Part shown: piece by piece, positions 1-12,574 of the stretch
How the letters are laid out: each line of letters begins with the position of its first letter
Position numbering within the stretch: the stretch's first letter is position 1
DNA from: Takakia lepidozioides
Lineage: Eukaryota > Plantae > Bryophyta
Direction: 5' to 3'
NCBI GenBank assembly: GCA_030704615.1
Contig: CM060734.1
Span: 17,112,001 to 17,176,000 of the forward strand
Length of the DNA: 64,000 nt
Position numbers and translations under genes: made by a program
Notes under the pieces: generated by a model
What the model was told of the DNA's origin: nothing
The model's database searches: none
The model's input: the letters and a program-made list of their open reading frames with translations, nothing else

Positions 1-1034
1 AATTAGGAGGTGCATGCAGTGGGCCAGCAAAGCAGGGTTAAGCAACTCAATGATTAGAAAGTAAGCACACCGGCTTGATTAGGACCAACAACGCAACGGC
101 GTGAGCCGTGCCTCAATATAATGTGAATTTTGGTTCGTGCGTGGATTTTACTTATGGAAAGTAGTTTTGTTCTTTTAGATCCCGAGGCATGGCTGTCCGC
201 CTTTGATGGTAGTGTACTCCTATCGTCACACCCCGACCCCGACCCCAGTATATGCAAGATTTAGGGTTTCATCTATGTACATGGAGCTGCATTCTGTATT
301 GATATTTAATTGGGACATGTGACGATGGGAGATCTCCCCTACCTTCCTCGCATATGCACGGCCTTCTAAGTGTTGATGTGGACCCTCGGTAATATTTTCC
401 AGGGACTTTCTATGTTGATACCTTTGACTGAGACATTGGACTACAGAAGATCTCTTTTATTTGACTACAACATATAGGTTCTCAAGTTGGTATGAGGGAT
501 GTGGCTCAGACAAGTCCACATCGACACTGTCGTAAAGTATTTCGTTAAAGGGAGAAACAGGTTAATGATAATGACAGGAGATATCCTGTGATCACAGAAC
601 TTCAAAACAAACAATGTATGATATATATTTGGAATAAATCAACCAAAGTATCAAAATCTCCTTTTATTTTATTATCTATTACGTATTTTTATTATTTTAT
701 AATATATTTATATATATAAATGTTATTTCTCGACTTTTGAAAGTCCAGATTTACTTAAAATTGAGTTCAATCAGCCATGGCCGTTCTGGACAAGAAGCGC
801 GACAAAACAAAAGCTAACCGAAGTGAACCCCACACAAAGTTAAGAGAAGCAAGAGCAAGAGAAGCGCGAAGAGAACAAAGAGCGCATGAAGGATAAGAAA
901 GCACAGCGAGAAGGAAAAAAACGAAGAATGAAACTAACAACGACGCCAACTAGGTGTAACCATAAGACACGTCGATTTAGCAAAAGATGGTGGTTCAATT
1001 AATTTTGGCAACATACAATTAATTATATGCGTAG

Positions 1035-1930
1035 TGGCACACACATGTCAAGGTGACACTCTGGCTGTCCTGAACTCCCGCCACGTCGGATGTAACCCTC
1101 CATTATGTAACCCTCTATCACGTGTATCAAACGCAGTAGTTATACATTTGCTGGATCACTGGGAGGAAGATGTTGTCCTGCATGTTGATGGGAGGAAGAT
1201 GTTGAACTCAATAAACTACAAATCTTTCAATTTGATGTTTGAAAACGATCCATAGTTGGCGCCACGGAGACGGAGCTCAGAATTGCAGAAAGCTAATGCT
1301 CCAAACCAAAAACGAGCTACAAATCTGAAAAAAGAGTTAGAGAGTAAATTAGGGTTTCGGCCTCCATTTCAACCACTACCCATCTGTTGGATAGTTGGCG
1401 TGTGTATGGATTGGATGCAATGGGAGAAGTTTAGAGTGCCACAAGTTCGGGTTACACGTTATCGGGTTACACGTTGTGGGGTTACGCATGATTTAAACAT
1501 GGGGCACGGTTCGGGTAACATGGGTAGAACAACCAACATGTAGCACCAATGGTAAGGGCATATACCCTCTTACGAGTGGTTGTGGGTTCAAACCACCTTG
1601 TTGGTTGTTACAAAGGTGTCCACCTTCCTACCGGAAGGCAGTAGCCCTTTTGGGTCAAGTGACACCATAAGTTACGCTTGCTTCGGAAACGCGTCCACCT
1701 TTGAACATGGGTAGGGGTTACATTGGGTGACGCGAGGCTCTCATGGGGCGGATTTACACGATGTAAGGTTACAGAGGGTTACACTATCGGGGTTACATTA
1801 GCTGGGTGATCATATGGTGACATACGGGTGACATAAGTTGGGGTTACATGTTGCGGGGTTACACGATTTGGGTTACATGGGCGGGGGTTACAGAGGGTTA
1901 CTCGAGGCCCACATGGGCGGGGTGACTTCA
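1035..1930. repeat. Array of GTAACCC / GGGTTAC(A) motifs in opposing orientation (subterminal-repeat-like, non-autonomous DNA element remnant)
   Basis: TGTAACCC copies near 1090-1112; more than 10 GGGTTACA/GGGTGACA copies at 1448-1930. Confidence 0.5.
1528..1609 (+). other. Degenerate tRNA-like sequence (tRNA pseudogene or SINE head)
   Basis: A-box-like TAGCACCAATGG, B-box GGTTCAAACC in a GTGG/CCAC stem, closed by the 11-bp stem AACAACCAACA/TGTTGGTTGTT; no convincing anticodon arm. Confidence 0.35.
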
Positions 1931-2160
1931 CAGGGCGATTTGCGTTTTCATAGTCCTACGGTTTGTTTATGATTTTTAATATTTAATGCCCTCCAAGTCT
2001 TACTTATTGAACTATGCCCTACATGCCTGAGCTCCCAAGACGCTTATAGTCGGGACGAACCTTCAACTCCCTTCACAAAGCGAATCCCGAGCTCAGGGAA
2101 ACGGGGACCGTCTGTCTCCCGCCCAATGTCCCTCCGTCTGAGGTGGTTGAGTTCAACCTA
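1931..2160 (+). repeat. Left copy of ~230-bp inverted repeat (TIR-like, begins CAGGGCGATTTGCGTTTTC)
   Basis: Reverse complement aligns with 8154-8385. Confidence 0.85.
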
Positions 2161-2449
2161 CAATCTCTAGGTCCGGGATTGTACGAATGCGAGTCCGATG
2201 CAGACTACATCGCCTGGTTGTTCAGAGAAAACCAAGGCCGGGAAGTGATGGTACATTCGGTATCGATCGAGGCACTTCCATAGTTTGAGTTGTTGACCGA
2301 ATTTTTTTCCATATCCGCCGAACAGGTTGGTCTGCAGGAATAGGAGAGTCCTCAGGAGGAAAACAGCGAGATCATAGACATGAGAATTGTAGAGGAGGCT
2401 GACCTGGGGATGTCGTGAAACATAGCGCCCCCTACATTCCCTATTTGCA

Positions 2450-3590
2450 ACATGGATCAAGCGGATCTCGGTTCGAACCGGGATCGACCTTCACGTCAGA
2501 ACCCACAACGCAGTTGGTCGACATGGCGGTTGGAGGAGAATAACCAAAGATGGTGAAAGTGGGAGCCCATTTGACGGCTGAGCAGGCTTTGGAATACCAA
2601 GCACTGTTCAAGGAATTTCGGGACATCTTTGCATGGTCCTACACCGAATTGAAAGGAGTGCCTTCATATGTGGCGATGCATTCCATTCCCCTGATTCCAG
2701 GAGCTACCCCGTGACAACAACGAGAAAAAGGGTGAACCCCAATCTCGCACTGTTCATCAAAGCAGAAATTGAGAAGCTGCTAGCGGCAGAGTTTATTTTT
2801 CTGGTGGAAACATGGCATGGGTATCCCTGATAGTGATTGTTCGGAAGAAAAACGGAGAACTAAGGGTATGCATGGACTTCCGCCCCCTTAACAAGGTAAC
2901 ACACAAGGATCACTTCCCCTTGCTATTCATGGATACACTGGTGGAGGAAGTAGCAGAGAAAGAGCTCTACTCTTTCATGGATGGATTTTCAGGGTACAAT
3001 CAGGTGTTGATTGACCCGAAGGATGTGTTGAAGACCACATTTACCTCACTATGGGGAACATTTGCCTACACAAGGATGCCCTTCGGATTGTGCAATGCAC
3101 CCCTGACATTTCAGAGGGTCATGACGTACGTCTTCTCGAATGTTGTGAGAAAGAATTTAGTCATCTTTTTAGATGATTTTTGTTGCAATGGGGACGCAAA
3201 TGATCACGTTGCAGCATTACAGGAGTGTTTCATCCAGTGCAGAGAAAATGGAATATCTCTCAATCCAATGAAGTGCGTGTTTGCGGTCACACATAGACTG
3301 CTATTGGAGCATATAGTGTCCAGAGATGGCGTGGCGACAGACCCAGCAAAGGTGAGCACCATAATCGAACTTCCCGCACCGGAGACATCCTGTAAGGTGA
3401 AGGGATTCCTTGGCCACACAGGGTGGTACATGAAATTTATGGACAAGTATGCAACAGAGGCTTTACCTCTGACTCGACTGCTAAAGAAGAACCAAGTATT
3501 TTCCTGGGATTCAGGATGTCAGGAGTTTTTTGAGACGCTTAAGCAACGCTTGGTGTCAGCTCTAGTTTTGGCAGCTCCCAATTGAAACAA
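2450..3590 (+). pseudogene. Ty3/gypsy (Tat-like) pol fragment: reverse transcriptase to start of RNase H
   Basis: IFAWSYTELKG, KKNGELRVCMDFRPLN, FMDGFSGYNQV, MPFGLCNAP, IFLDDF, KGFLGHTGWY motifs; frameshifts and stops upstream of ORF 2812-3585; no LTRs seen. Confidence 0.9.
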
Positions 3591-4584
3591 TCTCCCAATG
3601 AATTATCCCCCCATTAAGGGAGAGATCTTTAGGATTTCGTCCCGGTTTGTCGGAAGAAAATGTTGGTATTTCCTAGCCACTGACTCATTGGTTATTGGAG
3701 CTCCATAATGAGGTGGAGTGCGGGACAACTAAGTTGCAATAATCCAATGGAACTTCTCCACTGGGAAAAAGTCAATAAGGCTCTTACCCAATTAGATCAT
3801 TGAACACCATTTCTTGGAGTTCCAGGAGTAGATCTTGGGATGCGGGGCAACGTAGTTGCATTAAAGAGGTGATTTGTTCTCCAATGTGATTTTCGGGTAG
3901 TTATTGGAATCCACAAGGACAGACCTTGGGATGCGGGGCACATAGAGTGCAGTAATCTAACCCAAATCATAGAATTAAAATCTGTTTGATATGGCATAAG
4001 CTATGAAAGCTATGACCATCCAATTGCCAAGGTAGAAGACTTCATACATCTTTGTTACTAATCACGTGTTGTGAGTTTCTTTTTCTTCTTCACTGGTCAA
4101 GTGAAGAGCCACAGGTGCAGGAATGGGAACAATGGAATGGCTAATATATGCACTCATGTTTAATGCATAATGTCAATCATTACTTGTCTTTTTATCACTA
4201 AATATATCTGTGTTGGCTAAAAGCATATCTCAAGGAAAATTAAATGTTTGCTGCATCAAGCATTCTGCAGTATACCGATGCTCCATGCATGGAGCACTGC
4301 GACTTCCCGTACGGGGATTCTAACCCTCAAAAAGGGCAACCGAATGGTGCATCTCCGCCAGGCGTGGACTAGTAGAGTGGTGCGACCTGTGTTTATGTCT
4401 TCCTCTACCCCGCTGCAGTATTCTCTCATAGAGAGAAAAGTTAGCCAAGCAGTGAGGGGGTAAAAGGAGAGATTGTAGAGCAGTGATTGCTGCTCCCCTC
4501 ACATGAGTGAAGGATGTCAGGCGCAGGAAGACCCAAAAGGGCCTGTGACCTCTTTTCAGTAGGCGAATAGAAATGGTGCATATT

Positions 4585-4853
4585 TCCAGAGTATGGTCCT
4601 CTGAGGTTCAGAAAGTATCCAATCATTTTTCAGTCAATAATTTCACCATGAGCTCTGCGAAATCCATAAGAGGTCTCTGCGAGCCATGAAGAGTAGTCAA
4701 ATTGTAGGTCATATTTTGGTGCGTCTTAGCTAGGTATTTTCGTGCGTCTATCCCAGAGTATGGTCTCTGAGGTTCAGAAAGTATCCAATCATTTTCAGTC
4801 AAGAAATTCCCAGTAAGCTTGGCAGAACCATGAGAGGTCCCTGCAAGCCATGA
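4585..4853. repeat. Diverged direct duplication (~167-bp period, 2 copies)
   Basis: CCAGAGTATGGTC(C)TCTGAGGTTCAGAAAGTATCCAATCATTTT at ~4586 and ~4753. Confidence 0.75.
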
Positions 4854-6479
4854 CCAAGTAGCATAGAACCAAAGTCTTTCCAAGGTTATTTTAGAGTAGG
4901 ATCATCAATTTGCACCGCGCATATCTTCATTCATCATCTAGGGGATTCGAACCCAGTCTGGTGGGGGAGAATGGCGGTTTTGAAGTATTTTTATCTGGGA
5001 ACCCCAACTCTCTCCGAAGAGGGCGAGTTGGATGGCTTTGAAACATTTGTTGTCTTTTGCTTTTATTTTCCTTCCTCGTTCCCGGAAGACTTGAACTCTC
5101 TCCAAGGAAGCTGCATCGACAGCGGATTAGGCTGCCAGTTCGGTACCAGTAACGGCAAGGTGAACCCATTCGAATAATATGAGGCGACTGTTTGAATACA
5201 GAATCGCGATCTTTCTGTTTTCCCGTCTTTCAAGTCCAGTAGAAACACACAGCGAGGAGGCTTGGCAATTGGAAGAAACAACCTGTATAGCGATGAAATA
5301 TCGCAACAAAGCAAAGTGCTGCATCGGAGCAAACGGCGGGTTAAGGAGCTTCCCGACAAAGTTTGGAACTCCCCAGCAATGCAAGGCGAGTAGGAGAGGA
5401 CTCCAGAAGATCCGTGACCCAGTGGCAAGGCCAAAGACCTCCTGGGGCATCATCAGTATTTTAGTTGCCAGGAAGCGGCAGACTTCTCGTATGGTGAAAC
5501 CACGAAAACCGGAGAATGGATAAACTTTTCATCCCCGATCACCTTAAGAATTTGCGGGCAGCTACAAGGTGTCTATTCATAATTTGTCACCAAGTTTGGT
5601 GATTTATGGAAAGGATTAGAGACGACATCAAATTATCAAGCCGTAGGCACTCACAAAGGCCAATTAATTGAATTTATATCTCATCCAATGGATGAAAAAA
5701 AGGAATTTCGCCCTGGAGGCTGGATGGATGAAAAGAAAACCTAGCGCCAACTAGCCATCCAATGGATGGATGAAAAAAGAACATTTATCATTTACTTCAA
5801 GGTTTTCCATCCGAACTATTAATTTATTTCATTCTATTGTTTTTAAATGTTAAATCCCTCTAGGAAATACTAGTCTAATTATTCTTCACTAGTTTAAAAG
5901 GCCCAAAAACAGTATAAAAGAAGAGAAATCTCCTATTGCTTCTTCATCTAGGCTCATTTCTTGTTTGGCCTCTTGCTTGTGTAGTTTAGTTTGCTAGTTT
6001 TTGAGCTTGAGGGAGCTAGATCCTAGAGGGTGGAGCTTGGAGCCCTCTAGGAGTAGAAAGCATTGTTGAGAGCAGGATAGTCCTAGCTCAAGGCCTTGAG
6101 GCCATGTGAGGCAAGGAGTAGAGGGAACACTCCATGAAGAAGGAGACTTGAGGACGAGTAGGCAGCAGGACCAAGCTTGAGTACCATTCTACCGAGCATT
6201 TAGAGCATCCCGAGCTCCATCGTCTGTTTGAGAGGATGATTTATCATGCTACCTTGACCTTTGAATTGAAATATATCATGTTTTGTTCAAGCTATCCCAA
6301 GTGGGAGCTTTGTGGAATCTGTTTCTAGATATTGAGAAAAAACTAACGCTCTTGTAAAGAGGATGTATTTGAGTCTGTGTTTACATATGTGTTGAAGCAC
6401 AGGGGAAGAGCCCAAAGAGACATGGCCTTCAGATGAGTCTAATCCAATTGTTGTCATGGAAGTGAGGGTAGATGTCCAT

Positions 6480-6603
6480 TTCTAAGTTAGAGGTGACGGC
6501 AATCTTGCTTGAGACGGCGAAGCTATCGCCAAAATTTCCAGTTCTAGTTTAGAGGTCACGGCAATCTTGCTTGATACGGCGAAGCTATCGCCAAAATTTC
6601 TAG
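6480..6603. repeat. 62-bp tandem duplication
   Basis: TTAGAGGT.ACGGCAATCTTGCTTGA.ACGGCGAAGCTATCGCCAAAATTTC occurs twice. Confidence 0.85.
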
Positions 6604-8153
6604 TTCCTTGTGTTCATTGGCAAGTGGATAAAGCCCTCATGTCATGGAAGACCATGGGAGGCCATGCTAATCATCTATATAAAGAGTTAAGCCCCTATAT
6701 AGGGGGCTGCCCAAAGGGGCAATACTACCTGACTAAAGTCAAAGCGCCCTAGGCGCCCATAGCCAAGAGGTCAACCCATTGGGTTGCCTAGGATCGCCAC
6801 TTCAAGGCGCAGCGCGGGAGGCGCGCCCCGCTGGTTTAGTTGACCCCTGGAGCCCAAAGTACGGGGCTGGTACACTGAGTGGTAGCAGCAGGGCGCCAAG
6901 CCGGCCCCTTACCCCTGGAGCCTAAAGTACGGGGCTGGTACACCGAGTGGCAGCACGGCGCCATAGCCGGCCTCGCGCAGGTATGACATGTGAGGCGTGC
7001 TATTCCCCAATGGACCCGCCCCGACGGCGGGCCAGTAGCACCGTGCCGGGAGCCGCGGGGCAGAGGCCTTAACCGGCGGATAATTCGACGGACCGCACCA
7101 GGGACCACTGGTCCCTGGCCCGGGTCATTTTAAGGGGGCGTTCCTTCTAACCCCTATGCTTTATGCACTATTCATGCTACGATTTGGGCATGTGAGAAGA
7201 GGGGGTGATTTAGCTTAGAATAAAGGGATTTTTGGACCATTGGCCAGGCCTTGTTAAGATCATTGAATAGATATGTTCCCCGGGACTTGAGAGAGAGGGG
7301 CTCGGGAGTTGAGGCCAACAGCAGAGAGGGATAGCCCAGAGACAGGGAAGAGAAGATCCTTAGTGAGGGTTTCAAAAGGTAGAAGATGACACATTTTATT
7401 CATTCTAGTCTAGCCCTCGACATAGTTTAATCAGATTATATAAAAAGGGGAGGGAGGAGGTCCGAGGAATGGACCCTGGGACCCACTGGATTTTTAGCCA
7501 TTGTTTATGCACCATTGCAAATGGATGAAGAATCGTTAAGTGGGGGTTTCATTCATCCTGGTCCGCTGAATGTCTTAAGTTGCTAATGGATTATTGAGTG
7601 GGTTGTGCATAGGAATTGGGGCGCTCCTAAGTTTTAGAGCGGTTCCCCAGCGCTCCCAAAGGAAAGGGGTGCTCCCAAGGCGGAGAGCGGTTTCTCGGCG
7701 CTCCCAAAGAAAAGGAGTGTTCCCAGGGTATTCCCCTGGTACCCTGGAGGTAATTCGGGTATGTCTAGGATCCCTTTGGGATTCCTTAGCCATAGGAATT
7801 TTCTGCATTTTTGGGATTTCTTAATTATTTGTTATTTTTTTCTGCAATTGTTTATTAGGCAAACCAGCCCTTGAAGTGGGAACCTATCCGGACCCCCTTA
7901 AGCTAAAAATTGATTTTAAGGGAGGTTCTGGCCCCGTCCGCCGAGAAGGCAAATACCCGGTCATTGGAGGGGTCTTGGGCAAAGAGTTTTGCCGTTGATT
8001 CCACCGGATCTAGGAAATCATTTCGTCCGGCTTTGTCACATTGATATTATTCACCCGAGAGGTTAGAATTTGACCCTCGAGGTCGAAGTTAGTTGGATCG
8101 CCCCAAGCAAAAATCCCAGCTTGAGAGGGCAGATCCGGGCCCTTCCTAAGGGA

Positions 8154-8385
8154 TAGGTTGAACTCAACTACCTCAGGATCGGAGGGGCATTGGGCGGGAG
8201 ACAGACGGTCCCCGTTTCCCTGAGCTTGGGATTCGCTTTGTGAAGGATTTGAAGGTTCGTCCCGGCTATAAGCATGTTGGGAGCTCAGGCATATAGGGCA
8301 TAGTTCAATAAATAAGACTTGGAGGGCATATATATATTAAAAATCATAAACAAACCGTAGGGCTAGGAAAACGCAAATCGCCCTG
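8154..8385 (-). repeat. Right copy of ~230-bp inverted repeat (ends GCAAATCGCCCTG, followed by TA)
   Basis: Inverted match to 1931-2160. Confidence 0.85.
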
Positions 8386-8577
8386 TAGAGTAGTGAGCTC
8401 TGCTTTGCCGGTAGGACTTAGAAAGTGTCGACAACCGCCCCTATCATTCTGCGGACCCCCTGCACTAACTGCAGCCGGGTAGGCAGTTCATCGAGCCCAA
8501 CCTACACCGCGACTTACCAGACCCCTCCCCTAGCTAGTATGTCGTTACCCTGGCCGCGCGCGCCCAGGGCTCGTCAG

Positions 8578-10010
8578 GGTGGTGGCATTACCGGTATGGA
8601 CAGTTCGGACAGTACATGCGGGAGGTATGATGTCAGACTTTTACTGCAGTTCTCATTCTATCCCAGACATTTCCATTTTCCCTCACCATTGTTTCTGTCC
8701 TTGTAGGAGATGTGCCTAGATTCGGACACGGACATGCCGACCACAAATATGGCTGAATCAGTCCACTCCTCGTGGCGAGCATCTTCTGCCGGACATCTGG
8801 TGGACCTCCTGACGGCCACAACGGAGGACATTGACAAATCCATCATCCAGCAAGCTAGGTATTACAAATTCCAGAGCGGGAAACAATGGGGCTTTGGGCT
8901 GGATAGGGAGAAATTGTTGGTTCGAACAGCTCGAGGTCGAAGAATCCAGTGAAATGGGCGACGACATTGCGGGAAAAGATCAAAGGTACGCCTCTGCACC
9001 GCAGAGGTGAACACCTGGAGACGTCCATACACGCCAATGAGACGGCGAATTGAAGAGGAACCCGGCTGCGAAGAGGATTCCTGGCGATCGGACAGGAATA
9101 TTCGGACTGCACCACGTGGTCCAGTCATGTTGCCACACACTGTCTCTTCCAGCAGTGGAAGCCCAAAAGTTTCAAGATCGCCATCGCCTTCAAGCGGGGA
9201 TTCCGCATGTGAGATTCCGTCGGCACGTGTGCCCCTGATTCCGCTGGTATGCAGTATGGGCAACCTATTGTGGAGATGACTGTGTCTGCGTCACATTGAA
9301 GAATTGCTCGCACACTGTCGGCGTTTTGAGGCAGGTGTTCCGCAATTCGAGTGGATACACGACAACATTGTAGAGAGATGATAAGGAGGAACCCAGTTGG
9401 GGATGTCCCTGCTCCTACTTTCACGGGAAGATTTGTCCATGCAAAGTTTGCGGAGGCGACGACGACCCAGTTCCGGTTCTGCAGACATGGCATTATGACT
9501 TTGTGTCTATGGAAAGCCCAAGTACGGCATACAAACAATACCAGAGACTCCCCCGGTGTGGCCGGTGGAACCGGGATGCAATCTGAGTCAGATTGAGGCC
9601 GACGCCTTTACTGCATCGAGATTTCGGATGGTGCAGCAAACTGACGTCCCCAGACAACCATTTTCAGTTCCACAGTGTCGACCACCGACCCCTATGAGAG
9701 TAAGAGCATACTGACGCAACAACTCTGCGCATCCTACACACCGTTGGGGGAAACTGAGGAGACGGCGACCTGCCTCAAAAGTGAACGAGACAGGGATGAG
9801 GAATATACTTGGGATGAACTGTACAATCCAAAGCTCAACAGAAGTGCCCCCACCAGGCTTTGGGCGTATTTATCAAATGGTCACGGCAGGCTCAGTTGTC
9901 CACAACGAGGTGTACACCATCACCATTTCAGAATTACCCACCTGCAATTGCACCAACTTCGTGCACGCATTGCAAGATTTTTTTTTCGCAATCAACAAAA
10001 ACTAGATGAC
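8578..10010 (+). pseudogene. Decayed SWIM-zinc-finger transposase (Mutator-like), 3' portion, with one intron (~8625-8706)
   Basis: WWHYRYGQFG-intron-PTTNMAESVHSSW motif, PAPTFTG..QFRFC, and SWIM-like YTITISELPTCNCTNF; multiple frameshifts. Confidence 0.6.
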
Positions 10011-12230
10011 AGGTGAACGCCTCATTGGCCCATTGAACGAATTTTGATTGATCTCATATTGCTCTGGGACCAGTCAGATGGTACGTTAAACATGCTGGCC
10101 AAGTCTCGAAGCGAACGAAAATCATTTGGATGGGCAACCATCCGTTGGCCCATTGAACGAATTTCGTTTCATCTCATATTACTCTAGGACCTCTTAGATG
10201 GTACATTGAACGCACTGGCCAAGTCTCAAATGGAACCAGAATCATTTTGATGGGCAACCATCCGTTCAACCATCGAATGAATTTCGATTGATCTCGTATT
10301 AGTCGGGGACTTGTGAGAGGGTGTCCCGAACATACAGGCAAAGTTTGAAAGCAAAAAACAAACAAAAATGATTTGGATGGGCAACCATCCGTTCACCCGT
10401 TGAATGAATTCCGTTGGATCTGCTATTACTCTGGGACGTGTTGGACTGCGTTTTCGCGTGCTCATGATTTTTTTTTTCATTCTGTTTCTGAACCGTATGT
10501 GTAATGACTCCATATGCAACGTGTGTGTCAAATTCGGGAGGGAACAAAATTCATTTGGACCGACAACCACAGTTTCTTCCCTGCTTTGCACTCCAAACTT
10601 GATTTGTGTTCTACTTTATGCACTCTTCATAGAGAGTTCTGCAGTAGTGAGCGAAGACAACACTTTTTTCTTGGATCCTTTTTTATTGGTCCAAATTTTG
10701 GCAGGGATGTAGCGGTGAGAGGTTTGAAGCCGCAGAACAAAATTGAACCAAAAATAAAATCGATACGGGGCAGAAACCCCCAATGAAAGACAGTGTTGAC
10801 CTAATTATTGGCTTCAAATTCATTTAAATTCGATTAAATTCTCGAATGGGTTGAGGGCTGAGCGCGTCGATGGGGAGGCAAATGATTTTGTCTTCTGTTG
10901 TGTCTATGCACATGTGCCCACACATGTTAAAGCACATGTTGGCAAAAGATGGGCTTTAACCACATCCGTTCAATGGGTGCAATAGTCGTGCACGCATTGC
11001 AGGATTTCTTTTTCGCAATGAATAAAAACTGGATGATATGTGAACGCCTCATTGGCCCATTGAGGGAATTTTGATTGATCTCATATTGCTCTGGGACCAG
11101 TCAGATGGTACATTGAACATGCTGGCCAAGTCTCGAAACGAACGAAAATCATTTGGATGGGCAACCATCCGTTGGCCCATTGAACGAATTTCGTTTCATC
11201 TCATATTACTCTAGGACCTCTTAGATGGTATATTGAACACACTGGCCAAGTCTCAAAGGGAACCAAAATCATTTTGATGGGCAACCATCCGTTCAACCAT
11301 CGAATGAATTTCGATTGATCTCGTATTAGTTGGGGACTTGTGAGAAGGTGTCCCAAACATACTGACAAAGTTTGAAAGCAAACAAAAATGATTTGGATGA
11401 GCAACCATCTGTTCACCCGTTGAATGAATTCCGTTGGATCTGCTATTACTCTGGGACCTGTTGGACTGCGTTTCGCGTGCTCATGGAGGTTTGAAGCCAC
11501 AGAACAAAATTGAGCCATAAATAAAATCGGTACGTGGCAGAAACCCCCAATGAAAGACAGTGTTGACCTAATTATTGGCTTCAAATTCATTTAAATTCGA
11601 TTAAATTCTCGAATGGGTTGAGGGCTAAGCGCGTCGATGGGGAGGCAAATGATTTTGTCTTCTGTTGTGTCTCTACACATGTGCCGCATACATGTTGAAG
11701 CACATGCTGGCAAAAGATGGGCTTTAACCACATCCGTTCAATGGGTGCAATAGCCGTGCACGCATTGCAGGATTTCTTTTTCGCAATGAGCAAAAACTGG
11801 ATGACAAGTGAACGCCTCATTGGCCCTTTGAACGAATTTCGATTGATCTCATATTGCTTTAGGACATATCAGATGGTACGTTGAACATGCTGGTCAAGTC
11901 TCGAAGCGAACGAAAATCATTTGGATGGGCAACCATCCGTTGGCCCATTGAACGAATTTCGTTTCATCTCATATTACTCTGGGACCTCTTAGATGGTACA
12001 TTGAACATACTGGCCAAGTCTCAAAGGGAACCAAAATCATTTCGATGGGCAACCATCCGTTCAGCCACCGAATGAATTTCGATTGATCTCATATTAGTCA
12101 GACTTGATACATGGTATGTTGAACATAGTGGCAAAGATTGAAAGCAAACGAAAATCATTTGGATGGGCAACCATTCGATCGCCCATTGGATGAATTTCAT
12201 TTCGTCTCATATTAGACCGGGACTTGTTAC
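9961..12230. repeat. Higher-order tandem array: ~120-bp monomers grouped into three units starting 9961, 10988 and 11756
   Basis: GATGGGCAACCATCCGTT recurs at ~120-bp spacing; GTGCACGCATTGCA.GATTT marks each higher-order unit. Confidence 0.85.
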
Positions 12231-12238
12231 ATGATATG

Positions 12239-12546
12239 TCATTTGAAGCTCTTTTTGTAGTGTCTCCTGCTTCGTAATGCGGTGCTTCTCCATGTCCACT
12301 TTATCCAATATGTCCACCTGGAACAGATGCACACATGTGTACATAAATCCTTAAGTAACCAAATGACCATCGTAACTTTTATAACCTTCATCCCCAACTT
12401 CCAGTTTTGATCGTCATTTGGTTTTTTAAGTATTTATATACGCATGTGTGGATATATTCCAGATGGAGAATATCAACATTGAAAAAATAAGAGTTGGAAG
12501 AGCACCTCATTATGAAGCAAGAGACATTACGGAAGACCTCAACATG
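12239..12546. repeat. ~300-bp imperfect foldback (MITE-like or hairpin)
   Basis: Arms of ~135 bp, e.g. CACACATGTGTACATAAATCCTTAAGTAACCAAATGAC pairs with GTCATTTGGTTTTTTAAGTATTTATATACGCATGTGTG. Confidence 0.7.
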
Positions 12547-12574
12547 TTGAACATTTGGATGAAGAACCTTGTAA

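Noticed and set aside
4938-4960. tRNA gene on minus strand (GGGTTCGAATCCC)
   Set aside because: Only a B-box/T-arm; no A-box or cloverleaf
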